From Eledone cirrhosa (taxonomy: Eukaryota), in contig OZ024741.1 of assembly GCA_964016885.1 (NCBI GenBank), positions 413,974,001 through 414,038,000 on the forward strand: a DNA stretch of 64,000 nt, given 5' to 3'. The notes under the pieces were generated by a model, which saw nothing but the letters and a program-made list of their open reading frames with translations, was not told the DNA's origin and did no database searches. A program made the position numbers and the translations under genes. Shown piece by piece: positions 49,482-63,728 of this stretch; position 1 is the first letter of the stretch; each line of letters starts with the position of its first letter.

Positions 49482-52400
49482 TAAAATGGCGACCGTTGTG
49501 GTCAGTGTCCGATAATCGGACGTGTGTAATTACGGCTTACATGAAGGCAACATACCATATATTGGAAAAAGTTGAGCTACATTACGCGGTAAGATTACAT
49601 ACAATAATTCTACATAAGTGTTTGAACTGTAAGTGTGTTGTAAAACACCTATTTATATGAACGATACATACACTTTAACATATAAATGCAACGTTGTTAT
49701 ATTACATTTATAAAGAAATATTACATTTATATAAAACACAGCTGTAGAATTAAAAACTAACTGAAAAGAAATATTACTCAAGCTGTGAATAACTTTAAAT
49801 TTGATTCTGACAGAACTTTGTCGTAACTTTTAAAGAAGATCATCGACTATTTTGAAAAATAAATACGAAATATTAGTGAATAGACGAACTCATCATGGCA
49901 AAAAGTACAAGTCTCCTTCGACCAAATCGCAATTACAACCGTTGTATACAGTGGACCTACGAGCTTAACAAAGTATTATATGAAGCATACAAACAATCTG
50001 AACCCCAAAAGTTCGGTTTTATGCAAAGGCTAAAAACTTTATGGAACTCCAAACACCCAGAATTAGACTTTTCTCCAAAGCATTTAAATGAACAGGCAAA
50101 ACGTATCATTAGATGTAAATTGATACATCTAACGGAATCGAGTGATACTACAAATACAGCCCTTGTAGACAACCACCCCACCTCCACTGACAGACAAAGG
50201 GAATGGCCAGCTAAATCTAACAGTGAACAGCTCACCAACAATTTTGCTGAAATTCATCCCACTTCCACTGAAGAACAGCGAGAAAGGTCAGCTGACTCTA
50301 GTAGTAATTGTCACCACATCAACAACGAGGCTGAAATTCATGACTCTACTGAACAAACAGAGCACCAAAAACTTGTGGGCTCCCTACAAGTGATATGGAA
50401 TGATATGTTTCAAGAGATACACAGCCTTAATGTGAGTGACAGACCATACAACACTAGAGTCAGTAAAGAACCCACTAAATTGGAATTGGAAGCGGTGAAC
50501 GAAATAGCTGGCAATTATCTGAAGGCTATACGATCTAAAGGTGTAGAAACGACATTTGAAACGCTTAATGTTTTGTTATATGTTTCAGCTGTCACATTGC
50601 TAGCATATAACACACATCTAAAACCACGCAATCAAGATACAAACAGAAAGCCTGAACCAGCGTGGATGCGAAATTTAAAAACCAAAATTTTGTCCCTGAG
50701 ACGAAGTATCTCACACATCGCAGTCGTTATGAAATGCAACATAGAGAGCAACTTCACACAACACCAGGAAGACCTAAAGAAAAAGTTAGAGAGAAGATTT
50801 GGAGATACAAAATTTAAAACTTTGAACTCCAAATTACACCAGTTGAAACAACAACTCACAGCTACAACAGAAAGACTAAAATATAAGTCAACAGCACATA
50901 AACGACAAGTGCTAAATAGATTGTTTGCCAGAGATCCTAAATCAGTTTATCGCAGCTTCGGTGGCAAAAGCTCAATCTCTGTAAATGACACCCCTTCAAA
51001 AGAACAGGTTGAGAGCTACTGGAGATCTGTATGGGAAACGGATGACGGATTCAACAGACAAGCTAATTGGCTAAAAGAACTGGAACAGGACTACTGCCAA
51101 CATGTCCAGACAAAACAATATGACATAGATGGGTCAATACTGGAAACAGCTCTACAGAAAATGTCGAATAGGAAATCGCCAGGCCCAGACCTCATTACAG
51201 GATACTGGTTGAAGAATTTCACTTTCTATCGGCAAGATCTCATACAGCTGTTTACAGAAACCATTAAGGGCACACAAGAACTGCCCAGATGGTTATCAAC
51301 TGCCTCTACTCTCCTCATTCCCAAAAATAGCCAAACCACCCTTGCTAAAAATTACCGCCCAATTGCCTGCCAAAACATCATGTATAAATTATATACTGGG
51401 TGCCTTAACCTGTTCTTACAGGATCACTGTGCTACCAACAACATCATAACACCTGAGCAAGCTGGTGGAAAGAGGGAGGTGTGGGGTTGCATAGATCACC
51501 TACTAACTAACAAAATGATTCAGGAAAAAACAACAAAGAATCGCAGAAACATGACTGTCGTGTGGCTGGACTATCAAAAAGCATTTGATAGTGTACCTCA
51601 TGGGTGGATTGTTAAGGCTTTACAGTTAGCTAAAGTCCCACAACCATTGGTAGCTGCTGTTGAACGCCTGACCAAGAACTGGTACACCAGTTTGATCCTT
51701 AGAGGTGAGAAGGAGCAGGTTAAGACTGATAAGATACATTACCAGAAGGGCATCTTTCAGGGTGATAGCTTGTCAGTGCTACTCTTCGTTCTCTCACTGA
51801 ATCCACTATCTTACCTACTCAGGAAACAAGGTCGACAAAGAAGTGGGACCAGAAGTATCTCCCATCTTTTCTTTGTTGATGACCTGAAGTTGTATGGGCC
51901 AAATATCAATGACATCAAGAAACAATTGGACCTCATTACACAATTTTCAACCGACATCAAAATGAAATTTGGTGAGTCCAAGTGTGCATATTTGGCAGTA
52001 AAACGTGGAAGAGCTGTGCCCTCCTCTAGAAATCTAGAGATGAACGGCCTGACAATACAACCTCTGCAGTCAGGTGACAACTACAGATATCTTGGACAGG
52101 ATGAGAATGTCAGATATGATGGACCCATAAATAAGGAGAGAACCGAACTGAATACCTCAGAAGAGTAAAGAAAATATGGTCATCAGAACTGTCAGCATAC
52201 AACAAATACATTGCCCACAATACTTATGCTGTGCCAATTCTAACGCCAACATTTGGCCTACTGAACTGGTCATTGCAAGAACTAAGTGAGATGGATGTTA
52301 GAACTCGAAAACTTCTCAGTGTTACTGGGAACTTTAACATCAATGGTGATGTGGATAGGCTATACTTCTCATGCAAGGAAGGTGGCCGGGGTCTAAAATC

Positions 52401-53483
52401 AATATTAACAACATATGAGACCCGGATAGTGACACTGAAGCAACACCTTCAACAGAGGAAAAAGGTTGGCAACCATCTTGCCCAGGTTTATGACCATGAA
52501 AAAAGAAATATCATTAGAATAGCGACTGATCTGGAGGAGAGATATGGAATAAAGCCCGATATAAATCTCTCACCCAGAGAAATCGGAAGATCCTATTCAA
52601 TGTTCAAACAAGAAAAAAAAATTGACCAATTTACAGAAAAAGTTGTGCATGGATACTTGAGGCGTAAAACACAGACCATAGAGGGGAAAAACCACTCAAA
52701 AAGCCTGGCATGGAGTTCCGACAGGTTTATGACATCACACCTTGAGGGATATCTCTATGCAATACAGGAACAAGAACTCCCTACCAAATATCTGCTGCAC
52801 AAAAGAGGAGGGCCAGCAGCTGACAATAAATGTAGGCTATGTAAAACAAAGATCGAGGATGTAAGCCACATTGTTGCCAGCTGCGAAAGAATGTCATCTC
52901 GCTACTACCTCCCCATGAGACACGATGGGATAGCTAGAACCATCTGGAACGCACTTCGAAAAACAAAATCAACAACAAACGAGGAAGAATATATTGAGAC
53001 AGATGGCACTAAGGAATACTGGTGGAACCTGAAAATAAAAACTGCCACCAAATTAAAGCACAACCGGCCTGATATTGTAGTTTGGGACCACACATTGAAA
53101 ACGTGTTCTGTTGTGGAGATCAGCTGCCCACTTGATGTAAACGTTGTCAGAAAAATACAGGAGAAGGAGGACATCTACGGACCATTGATGAGGAGTTTAC
53201 AAATCCAGTATCCAAGATACACCTTTAGCTTCATACCCATCATTATTGGTGCTACGGGTTATATACCAACCCGCTTGGACCAAAGTATGACTGAACTTGG
53301 ATTTGCGGACAAAAAGCGCAGCTCCCTAATTCATAGTCTACAAATGGCTGCGATAGCTGGCACCTTCAAAATTTGCAAAACATTCTTGCGATTCAAGGGA
53401 TGACAATTTCTTTTCTTTTACAACCTTGCCACCAGGAAGGTGGCCGGTCAAAAAATATACTCAAAATTAAGAGAAAGAGAAAA
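49482..53483 (+). mobile_element. Apparently full-length R4/Dong-like RLE retrotransposon with one frameshift
   Basis: ~400-bp 5'UTR. ORF parts 49895-52168 (N-terminus + RT) and 52231-53403 (GGRGL, CRLC..H..C, RHD, RPDI..E). Frameshift near 52145, short 3'UTR, (CATA)n flanks. Confidence 0.88.
49895..53403 (+). pseudogene. Frameshifted RT-RLE ORF of the R4/Dong-like element
   Basis: Colinear homology to 46856-49135 continues across the two ORFs. Confidence 0.85.
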
Positions 53484-53626
53484 CATACATAGATGTATAT
53501 ATATATATATACATACATACATAGATGTATATATATATATATATACATATATACATAGATGTATATATATATATAAATATACATACATAGATGTATATAT
53601 ATATATATATATATACATACATACAT

Positions 53627-53627
53627 T

Positions 53628-53669
<42 letters not shown>

Positions 53670-54228
53670 GACGTTTAACGTCCGTGTTCCATGCTTGCAT
53701 GGGTTTGGACGGGGGTAGTCCCACTTGAGGCAAGAGTGATTGTCTTGCTCGCATAGGACTGTCTGGCAGGTTTTCTACAGTTGGATGCCCTTCCTAACAC
53801 CAACCACATTTACAGTGTGGGTCTGGGAGGTTTTTACCGTGTTGCCTACACGGCCACATTACAGCGTGGACTGTGTGTTTTTTTGTCGTGACACCTACAC
53901 GATCTCATTTGTTTCGGCCTGGATGGCGCGGCACCAACATAACTTTACATAGAACGGGTGGTGTGGATGGGGGGGGTGTATTTTGTTAGAGATGCCTACT
54001 GGCTGGAGTAGGTTTTACTATATATTTAGGTAAGGCAGGTCTTCTCTGTTACTGAGTACCGCCAAAGGTCTCGGTCCAGTGACATTGTCTTGGAGAGGTG
54101 TAAGTGTGTGATGTCGGAGTTTATCAGCTCGTCCCAGGTTTTTCTAGGTCTGCCTATTCCGTGACTACCGTCTATCTTTATTGCCCTGCACTTTGTTATA
54201 CAGCTATTGACTTTCATGCGCATCACGT
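53627..54228 (-). mobile_element. RTE family B 3' fragment
   Basis: Matches 19441-20035. Confidence 0.85.
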
Positions 54229-55372
54229 GAACATGTATCAATATTAATGAAACATGTATCAATATTTCAGTTCTAGCTAACCTACCACATCTAGTCTCAA
54301 TGAAACATATCAATATTTCAGTGCTAGCTAACCCACTACATCTGGTATCAATGACACATGTATCAATATTTCAGTTCTCGCTAACCCACCACATCTGGTC
54401 TCAATGACACATATATCAATATTTCAGTACTAGCTAACCCACCACATCTGGTATCAATGAAACATATATCAATATTTCAGTTCTAGCTAACCCACCACAT
54501 CTGGTCTCAATGACACATATATCAATATTTCAGTTCTAGCTAACCCACCACATCTGGTATCAATGAAACATATATCAATATTTCAGTTCTAGCTAACCCA
54601 CCACATCTGGTATCAATGAAACATATATCAATATTTCAGTACTAGCTAACCCACCACATCTGGTATCAATGAAACATATATCAATATTTCAGTACTAGCT
54701 AACCCACCACATCTGGTATCAATGAAACATATCAATATTTCAGTGCTAGCTAACCCACTACATCTGGTATCAATGACACATATCAATATTTCAGTTCTAG
54801 CTAACCCACCACATCTGGTATCAATGAAACATATATCAATATTTCAGTTCTAGCTAACCCACCACATCTGGTATCAATGACACATGTATCAATATTTCAG
54901 TTCTAGCTAACCCACCACATCTGGTATCAATGACATGTATCAATATTTCAGTGCTAGCTAACCCACCACATCTGGTATCAATGACACATATATCAATATT
55001 TCAGTTCTAGCTAACCCACCACATCTGGTATCAATGACATGTATCAATATTTCAGTGCTAGCTAACCCACCACATCTGGTATCAATGACACATATATCAA
55101 TATTTCAGTTCTAGCTAACCCACCACATCTGGTATCAATGACATGTATCAATATTTCAGTTCTAGCTAACCCACCACATCTGGTATCAATGACACATGTA
55201 TCAATATTTCAGTTCTAGCTAACCCACCACATCTGGTATCAATGACACATATATCAATATTTCAGTTCTAGCTAACCCACCACATCTGGTATCAATGACA
55301 TATGTATCAATATTTCAGTTCTAGCTAACCCACCACATCTGGTATCAATGACACATGTATCAATATTTCAGT
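54229..55372. repeat. 51-53-bp minisatellite, ~21 copies
   Basis: Unit CATATATCAATATTTCAGTTCTAGCTAACCCACCACATCTGGTATCAATGA(A/C)A. Confidence 0.95.
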
Positions 55373-55865
55373 GCCACTACTAAACCCATCACATGAGCTA
55401 GTTTAAAACTACTACCATCTGGTCTCAATGAAATTAGGATTTGAATCATATTCCTTCCCAGTCTATGATTTTTCCCTGTGGTACTGAGCTACAGATGTTC
55501 AAACTAAGCATCACTCATATCAATTTTGTGGCAAAGTCATGCTACCAACAAGGTTCTTTATGGCGATCAGCCGTGAATTTCATTTAAAGTTTGACCCCCC
55601 ATTGCTTAGCTCTTGCTGGACGTGTTTCCTGCCATGACGAACCTGCTGGGAAACTGCTTCTCTGGTCACCAGATGTAAAGTGCTTAGTAAGACATTGAAA
55701 CATAACCATGAAGACTCTGTTGGAGAAGGACACTGGCTTCACTGGATGGGATCTTGTTGCTGTGATGAGAGAATGAACCTGCAGGGAAACTGCTTCCCTG
55801 GTCACCAGATGTAAAGCACCAAGCAGGACATCTGACACTGACCTATAGATGTTCAGACTAAGCTT

Positions 55866-56070
55866 CACACATGGCTTAATGGTTAGAGGGTTGAGCTTAC
55901 AATCATCAGGTTCTGAGTTTGATTCCTGGACCAGGTGATGTGTTGTGACCTTCAGTAAGATGCTTTATTTTACATTGCTCCAATTCATGCAGCTTAGAAA
56001 TGTGTTGTGACATCACTGGTGCCAAGCTCTATCAGCCATTGCCTTTCCCTTGGACAACATCAGTGGCATG
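55866..56070 (+). mobile_element. Degenerate tRNA-derived SINE
   Basis: CACATGGCTTAATGGTTAGAG..GAGTTTGATTCC..ACATTGCTCCA, similar to 816-955. Confidence 0.65.
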
Positions 56071-56342
56071 GCTGTCTATGCAGGTGTGGTAAGCCACATA
56101 TATTGTAGCCATTAGAAAAAGTAAAAATGAATGCTTGACCTTCACAAGAGGGATGGCTCAAGAAGATAATCTGTCCAAGACTGGAAGAGTCCACAAAATC
56201 CTTTCTTAACTTTATTAAATTATAAAACAACAATTGCAACCATAAACTATACTGCTTATAGTACTTAGAGTTTTGTTCAATCAGGGTTTATTTGAGGCTA
56301 AATAACAACTACAAAAACTGTGATAAAAGGACATGTTCATTA

Positions 56343-56660
56343 TATGAGATTCGGCAGAAAAGTTTATAGGCTGACCAAGATACTCCCATGGAATGACCAA
56401 ATGAGGTTTATTTTTAAACAGTCCCTGGAAAGAAACAATGCAGTTATTGATAAGAAGAATTGAAATTAATGCATGTAAGATTTTACAGCTCTAGCATCGT
56501 TCCATCATAGGCTGACTAAGATACTCTCATGGAATGACCAAATGAGGTTTATTTTACAAGATAGTCCCCAGAAAGAAACAATTCAGTTATCAATAAGAGT
56601 TGAAATTATTACATGCAAGGTTTCACAGCTCTAGTGTCACTCCTTCATAGTCAACCTACA
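56343..56660 (+). mobile_element. Mariner-like non-autonomous relic (two partial copies); further pieces at ~58495-58670(+) and 58800-58900(-)
   Basis: Repeated AAAAGTTTATAGGCTGACCAAGATACTC..GGAATGACCAAATGAGGTTTATTTT. The TA(T/C)GAG start resembles mariner TIRs, from memory. Confidence 0.5.
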
Positions 56661-57077
56661 CCTTCCTGTCATTATTAACATTCACAAATTTCAACTTTTC
56701 TTTATTTAGACCTTATTGACCTTTCTCTCTATTGTACAACATAAGGTGTGTTATAATGTTGTATTATGATAAACACCTGAGAGCTGATAAACCACTTGAT
56801 AGTGAAGTGAACAATATGCTCTTCAATTAAAAAGTGGCATGTCATATCTGAACCACCACCAGGTTGTTAAATTACACAGCTGACTCATTGACAAGGTGGA
56901 GCACTAGGTGGTAATGAACCCCCCACCCCACCCACACACACACCTACTTTTCAATGTTGCACTCTCAGATTTAGAAAACAAAAGTTAAGAAAAACAACAA
57001 CACCCTGAATACCATCCTTGATGTCCTGACTACCTTTTTATCTCAATACAAGAACAAACATTTTTTTTTAAAATTAA

Positions 57078-57360
57078 CTATCTTCAATTCGGTATTTGTG
57101 CCAACCCTTACCTATGGTCATGAATTTCGAGTAATGACTAAAAGAATACGATTGTGAATACAAGCAGCCAAAATAGGGTTCCTCTGAAGGGCCTTTGGAG
57201 TAATGTTACTCAATAGAGTGTGTAGCTCAGAGAGTCACTCCATCTGGAGCTGCTACTTCTCCAAATTGAGAGATCACAGCTCTGATATTACTAACATGTT
57301 GTTAGAATGTCTTAGGAAAGAATCACTGGACAGATTAATGGACAAAGCCAACTGGCAGGT
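57078..57360 (+). pseudogene. Degenerate RTE C-terminal relic
   Basis: Hand translation IFNSVFVPTLTYGHEF.VMTKRI..IQAAKIGFL..IERSQL, with stops. Confidence 0.6.
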
Positions 57361-58967
57361 AACTGCTTTACTACAATATTTCCCAAATTGGATTTCAAGG
57401 AAAACAAGGATTCCACAATAAAATCTGGGGTTCCACAAGATGAGGTGTTTTTGATGAAATTTTTTTTTTAGGTGTTTTTGATGACATTTTTTTTAATTAG
57501 TTTTTTTTTTTTTTTGTATATGAATGAATTCTCTGACTAAAACAATTTTTGCTTCATTTAATGTCTTAAAATTAGGATGGTGGGGATTGTCTGTAAAATA
57601 TATTAAAATTGTGAGTTTTCTAATCTTGAGGAAATCGTATGAGGATTCTATGACAAAGTAGGTTTGAGAACCACAGCATTACTAAAGTCTGTCTTAAACT
57701 AGGAGACTTGTCGGGCCAGTGCTTAACCAGGTTTTGTGGCGTAAACGACTGTCAGTTCAAGACTCTCCCCTGGACAGGACGTCAGTCTATTACAGAGTTA
57801 TACTAGGTTAAACTACATTATACTATATAATACTAGGTTAAACTAAATTATTCTATACTACATATTACTAGGTTAAACTAAATTATACTATACTACATTT
57901 TACTACAGGATACTAGATTAAACTAGGTTAAACTAAATTATACTTTACTACATTACACTATATTATACTACAATATACTAGGTTAAACTACATTATACTA
58001 CAGTATACTAGGTTAAACTACATTATACTAGGTTAAATTACATCATAGTTTACTACATGACACCCACAAAACAAAGTACTACATTTCAATAGACACAAAA
58101 TTTACTTTACTCCATCTACTGGCCTATATGATATTTATGATAAACACACATCACTAAAATATATCATGAGATATTCTAAATATTTCACCTATATCCTATA
58201 AAATATAGTTCTATATTTTTCTAAAAGCTTTATTCCATAAAACTGGATTTTCTTCCATAAAAACTCAGTTTTATGGACTAAAACCATCTGTAGCTGTATT
58301 AGAAGTAAAAACATTAGTGTTGTTGTTCTTTCTCAATTCCAGCAGAAAAGATAATCCAGACATAAAATATTGAAATATTGGAGCTTTAGACTCCAGGCAG
58401 AACAAACCATTGTCTTCAGCTAGAAATAAAAACATTTCAGAAAAAGTGTCAAGCTACACTGTATGTCACAGTACTTCTAATGTTGTTCTACACTAGGCTG
58501 AAAACTTGATAGGATGACTAAGATACTCTCATGGAATGACCAAATGAGGTTTATTTTTCAACATAGTTCCTAGAAAGAAACAATACACCTATTAATAAGA
58601 AGAACTGAAACCAATGCATATAAGACCTCACAACCCCAGCATCACTCCTTCATATTCAGCCTATGAACTTTCCAGCACAGCCCCTTGTAGTTCAGAGGAT
58701 TCTAGAAATCTACTGGGTTTTAGTTTCTCTTTCTATCTTACTATGGGGTTCCCCACCCCTCAGGTACTTCAGTCTCTCACTCCACTATGGCAGGAAAGGC
58801 ATAGGCTGACTATGAAAGAACGATGCCAGAGCTGTGAAATCTTTTATGCATCAACTTCAATTATTCTTAATAATAACTGCATCGTTTCTTTCCATGGACT
58901 GTTTTGAATAATATATATGGTATATATAGTATGTGTGGGTATATATATATATATCATCATCATCATC

Positions 58968-60057
58968 ATAAAAGATGTAGTGGGATCACAGGTAAGCTAA
59001 CTAAGAACATAGACTTTACATGTGGCCGGTGTTCTGGTGCAATAAGTAGCAGCAAGTGCCCACAAAATACTAGCTCTTTCAATTGCGCAGAGGGTTCTAT
59101 AGAAATAGTGGACAGCTTCCGTTACCTGGGCGATAAAATCAGCAGTGGGGGAGGGTGCTCTGAAAGTACTGTAGCTAGAGTCAGAACTGGTTGGAAAAAG
59201 TTCAGAGAGCTTATACCACTATTAGCTGCTAAAGGGTTCTCCCTAAAAATGAAAGGCAGGTTGTACGATGCCTGCATACGAACAGCAATGTTGCATGGTA
59301 GTGAGACCTGGGCATTGTGTGCAGAGGATATACGCAGACTAGAGAGGAACGAAGCTTGCATGCTCCGCTGGATGTGTAACAGTAATATACGTGAACGGCA
59401 AAGCATAAACGAACTAAGGAAAAAATTAGAGATAAGAGGGATCAGATGTTGTTTACTCGAGAGAAGGCTGCGTTGGTATGGACACGTGATGCGCATGAAA
59501 GTCGATAGCTGTATTACAAAGTGCAGGGCAATAAAGATAGACGGTAGCCACGGAATAGGCAGACCTAGAAAAACATGGGATGAGCTGATAAACTCCGACC
59601 TCACACACTTACACCTCTCCAAGACAATGTCACTGGACCGTGACCTTTGGCGGTACTCAGTAACAGAGAAGACCCGCCTTGCCAGTAGGCATCTCTAACA
59701 AAATACACCCCTCCCGCCGCCACCCCCACCCCATCCACACCACCCCGTTCTATGTAAAGTTATGTTGGTACCGCGCCATCCAGGCCGAAACAAATGAGAT
59801 CGTGTAGGTGTCACGACAAAAAAACACACAGTCCACGCTGTAATGTGGCCGTGTAGGCAACACGGTAAAAACCTCCCAGACCCACACTGTAAATGTGGTT
59901 GGTGTTAGGAAGGGCATCCAACTGTAGAAAACCTGCCAGACAGTCCTATGCGAGCAAGACAATCACTCTTGCCCAAGTGGGACTACCCCCCGTCCAAACC
60001 CATGCAAGCGTGGAACACGGACGTTAAACGTTGATGATGATGATGATGATGATGATG
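58968..60057 (+). mobile_element. 5'-truncated RTE family B copy
   Basis: HKRCSG..FTCGRC..FRYLG..RLRWYGHV, 3'UTR, (GAT)n tail. Confidence 0.88.
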
Positions 60058-60256
60058 GTGTGTCATCATCATTGTTTAATGTCCATTTATGTGTGTATAT
60101 ATGGTATATGTGTGTGTATATATAGTATAAATGTGTATATATAGTATATGTGAGTATATATAGTATGTGTGACTATATAAAGTATACATGTATATATAAT
60201 ATATGTGAGTATATAATATATGTGAGTATAAATGGGTATAATGAGTATAAATGAAT

Positions 60257-60600
60257 GGAGCAGATGGCTTAGTGGTTAGAGCATTGGCCTTGCAATCGTA
60301 AGGTTGTGAGTTCGATTCTCAGACTGGGTGATGTGTTGTTTCCTTGAGCAAGACACTTTATTTCACATTGCTCCAGTTTACTCAGCTGTAGAAATGAGAT
60401 GATAGGGACTGGGGTCCCTATCATTTCACTGTAAAGTGGACGTGGAGGTGCCACGGAAAAAAATCACCCAGCACTCACTGTAAATGAGGTTGGTGTTAGG
60501 AAGGGCATCCAGCTGTAGAAATCAAGCCAGAATCAGTTCCCATCCCACCCTTGCAAGCAGGGAAAAGCGGACGTAAAATGAAATGATGAATGATGATGAT
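60257..60600 (+). mobile_element. tRNA/RTE-tail SINE
   Basis: Same family as 816-1140. Confidence 0.85.
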
Positions 60601-60944
60601 GGTATATGTGAGTATATATAGTATCTATAATTATATATATATGTGTATATATAGTATATGTTCGAGTATATGGTATATCACAAACTACTTCCTGAACAAA
60701 TGTTCTTAATCAACTTGGATCTTATTTACAGTATATCCTCAAATATAAGTCAATCTGAATATAAGCTGATCCCATTATTTTATGTCTGAAAACTGGGCAA
60801 AGATCCAAACTCTGTTTATAACACATGTTTAAATGGGGCAGTTTTGAAATTCTCATGAAGTTTTCATATTTTGATATTTAATATGTTTTAAGTGTCATTT
60901 AGAATATAGTTTTTGTTTTACAACTCCATTACATAAGACACAAA

Positions 60945-61230
60945 CAAAGTGGAACTGGTGTAATATTCACCCCCAAAGTGAAACTGGTGTAATATTCGCC
61001 CCCAAAGTGAAACTGGTGTAATATTCGCCCCCAAAGTGAAACTGGTGTAATGTTCGCCCCCAAAGTGAAACTGGTGTAATGTTCACCTCCAAAGTGAAAC
61101 TGGTGTAATGTTCACCTCCAAAGTGAAACTGGTGTAATGTTCACCTCCAAAGTGAAACTGGTGTAATGTTCACCTCCAAAGTGAAACTGGTGTAATGTTC
61201 ACCTCCAAAGTGAAACTGGTGTAATGTTCA
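60945..61230. repeat. 29-bp minisatellite, ~10 copies
   Basis: Unit CAAAGTGAAACTGGTGTAAT(A/G)TTC(A/G)CC(C/T)C. Confidence 0.95.
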
Positions 61231-63566
61231 TCATCAGGTTTAGCGTCCGTGTTCCACGCTTGCATGGGTTTGGACGGGGGTTTTCCCACTTGAGGCAAGA
61301 GTGGTTGTCTTGCTCGCATAGGACTGTCTGGCGGGTTTTCTACAGTTGGATGCCCTTCCTAACACCAACCACATTTACAGTGTGGGGCTGGGAGGTTTTT
61401 ACCGTGTTGCCTACACGGCCACATTACAGCGTGGACTGTCTGGCGGGTTTTCTACAGCTGGATGCCCTTCCTAACACCAACCACATTTACAGTGTGGGGC
61501 TGGGAGGTTTTTACCGTGTTGCCTACACGGCCACATTTACAGCGTGGACTGTGTGTTTTTTGTCGTGACACCTACACGATCTCATTTGTTTCGGCCTGGA
61601 TGTTGTGGGACCAACATAACTTTACATTGAAAGGGGCGGTGTGGGTGGGGTGGAGGGACGGGGGGGTGTTTTGATAGAGATGCCTACTGACTGTAGTAGG
61701 TTTTTACTTTGTATTTAGGTAAGGCGGGTCTTCTCTATTACTGAGTACCGCCAAAGGTCTCGGTCCAGTGACATTGTCTTGGAGAGGTGTAAGCGTGTGA
61801 GGTCGGAATTTATCAGCTCGTCCCATGTTTTTCTGGGTCTGCCTACTCCGTGGCTACCGTCTATCTTTATTGCCCTGCACTTTGTTATACAGCTGTCGTC
61901 TTTCATGCGCATCACGTGACCGTACCAACGTAGCCTTCTCTCGAGTAAACAACATCTGATCCCTCTTATTTCTAATTTTTTCCTTAGTTCGTTTATGCTT
62001 TGCCGTTCACGTATATTACTATTGCACATCCAGCGGAGCATGCAAGCTTCGTTCCTCTCTAGTCTGCGTATATCCTCTGCACACAATGCCCAGGTCTCAC
62101 TGCCATGCAGCATTGCTGTTCGTATGCAGGCATCGTATAACCTGCCTTTCATTTTTAGGGAGAACCCTCTAGCGGCTAATAGTGGTATAAGCTCTCTGAA
62201 CTTTTTCCATCCAGTTCTGACTCTAGCTACTGTACTTTCAGAGCACCCTCCCCCACTGCTGATTTTGTCACCCAGATAACGGAAGCTGTCCACTATTTCT
62301 ATAGAACCCTCTGCGCAGTTGAAGGAGCTAGTATTTTGTGGGCACTTGCTGCTACTTATTGCACCAGAGCACCGGCCACATGTAAAATCTATGTTCTTAG
62401 TTAGCTTACCTGTGATCCCACTACATCTTTTATGCACCCATACTTTGCATTTGGGACATAAAATGGAGTTTCTACCTACGCCTTTCCTACACACTGAGCA
62501 TGGCCATTTCCCCGATGGGACCGCCGCCTTATTTTCTTTCCTACAAACTAGAACTTTAGTCTTAGCCAGGTTAATTTTAAGGCCTTTTGATTCTAGGCCG
62601 TGCTTCCACGTTTGGAATTTCTTCTCTAGTTCGGTCATTGATTAAGCTATGAGCGTTAGATCATCTGCGTATAGGAGTTCCCATGGGCAGCCGGTCTTGA
62701 ACTCCTCTGTTATAGCCTGAAGGGCAATAATAAATAGTAGGGGGCTAAGTACAGAGCCCTGATGGACACCAACTTTTACGCTAAACTCTTCACTATATTC
62801 GTTGTTAATTCTAACCTTACTGACTGTTTCTTTATACATGGCTTGTATAGCTCTCACAAGCCATTCATCAACACCTAGTTTTCTAAGAGACCACCAGATA
62901 ATGGAACGGGGGACTCTGTCGAAGGCTTTCTCCAAGTCGACAAAAGCTAAGTATAGGGGTTTACTTTTAGCTAGGTACTTCTCCTGTAGTTGTCGTACAA
63001 TGAAAAGAGCGTCTGTGGTACTTTTGCCTGACACAAACCCGAACAGCATTTCATCTAGATCAATTCTCTCTCTGATTAGTTGCGCTATTACTTTTTCCGT
63101 GACCTTCATGACCTGGTCGATTAATTTAATGCCTCTATAGTTACTCCTATCTAGGGCATCTCCTTTTCCCTTATAGCAGTTAACGATGATGCTGCTACGC
63201 CATTCCTTCGGAACAACCCCATTCTGTACGACTTGGTTAACTATCCGGGTGACCATGGTGTGTCCCACCGAACCAGATGCCTTCAGCATCTCAGCAACTA
63301 TTTCCGAAGGCCCAGCCGCCTTACCCGTCTTCATATCTTTGATTGCCTTACTTATTATACTACCTTCAACTAACACTGCTGGTCCCTCTATTGGATCGAT
63401 CTGGGGGAGACTGTCTTTCTCCCATTTGTTCTCCTCATTTAGAAGCCTTTCGTAGTGACACTTCCAAGCTACCTTCTTATCAGCGTCGGTGATGGCAAGT
63501 ATGCCATCATCGTTAAGTACACACTTCTCCCCGACAATATCACGGTTTTCCTTGACACATTGCCTA
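61231..63566 (-). mobile_element. 5'-truncated RTE family B copy (RT + PHD-like finger) with one in-frame stop
   Basis: ORFs 62642-63566 and 61715-62638 are in frame and separated by TAA at 62642-62644, just after [11 protein letters not shown]. Confidence 0.9.
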
Positions 63567-63728
63567 TAGATGTATATTATTATATATACATACATAGATG
63601 CATATATATATATATATATACACACATACATAGATGTATAGATGCATATATATATATATATACATAGATGTATATATATATATATATATACATACATAGA
63701 TGTATATTTATATATATATATATATATA

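Noticed and set aside
49486-49570. Hairpins at the 5' end of the R4-like element as an HDV-like ribozyme
   Set aside because: Two simple hairpins are visible, but I could not build the nested double pseudoknot by eye. It needs an Infernal/RNArobo search.
54229-55372. Regular ~53-bp array (and the 29-bp array at 60945-61230) as a possible CRISPR
   Set aside because: Units are contiguous with no unique spacers, there are no cas genes, and the context is eukaryotic. These are minisatellites.
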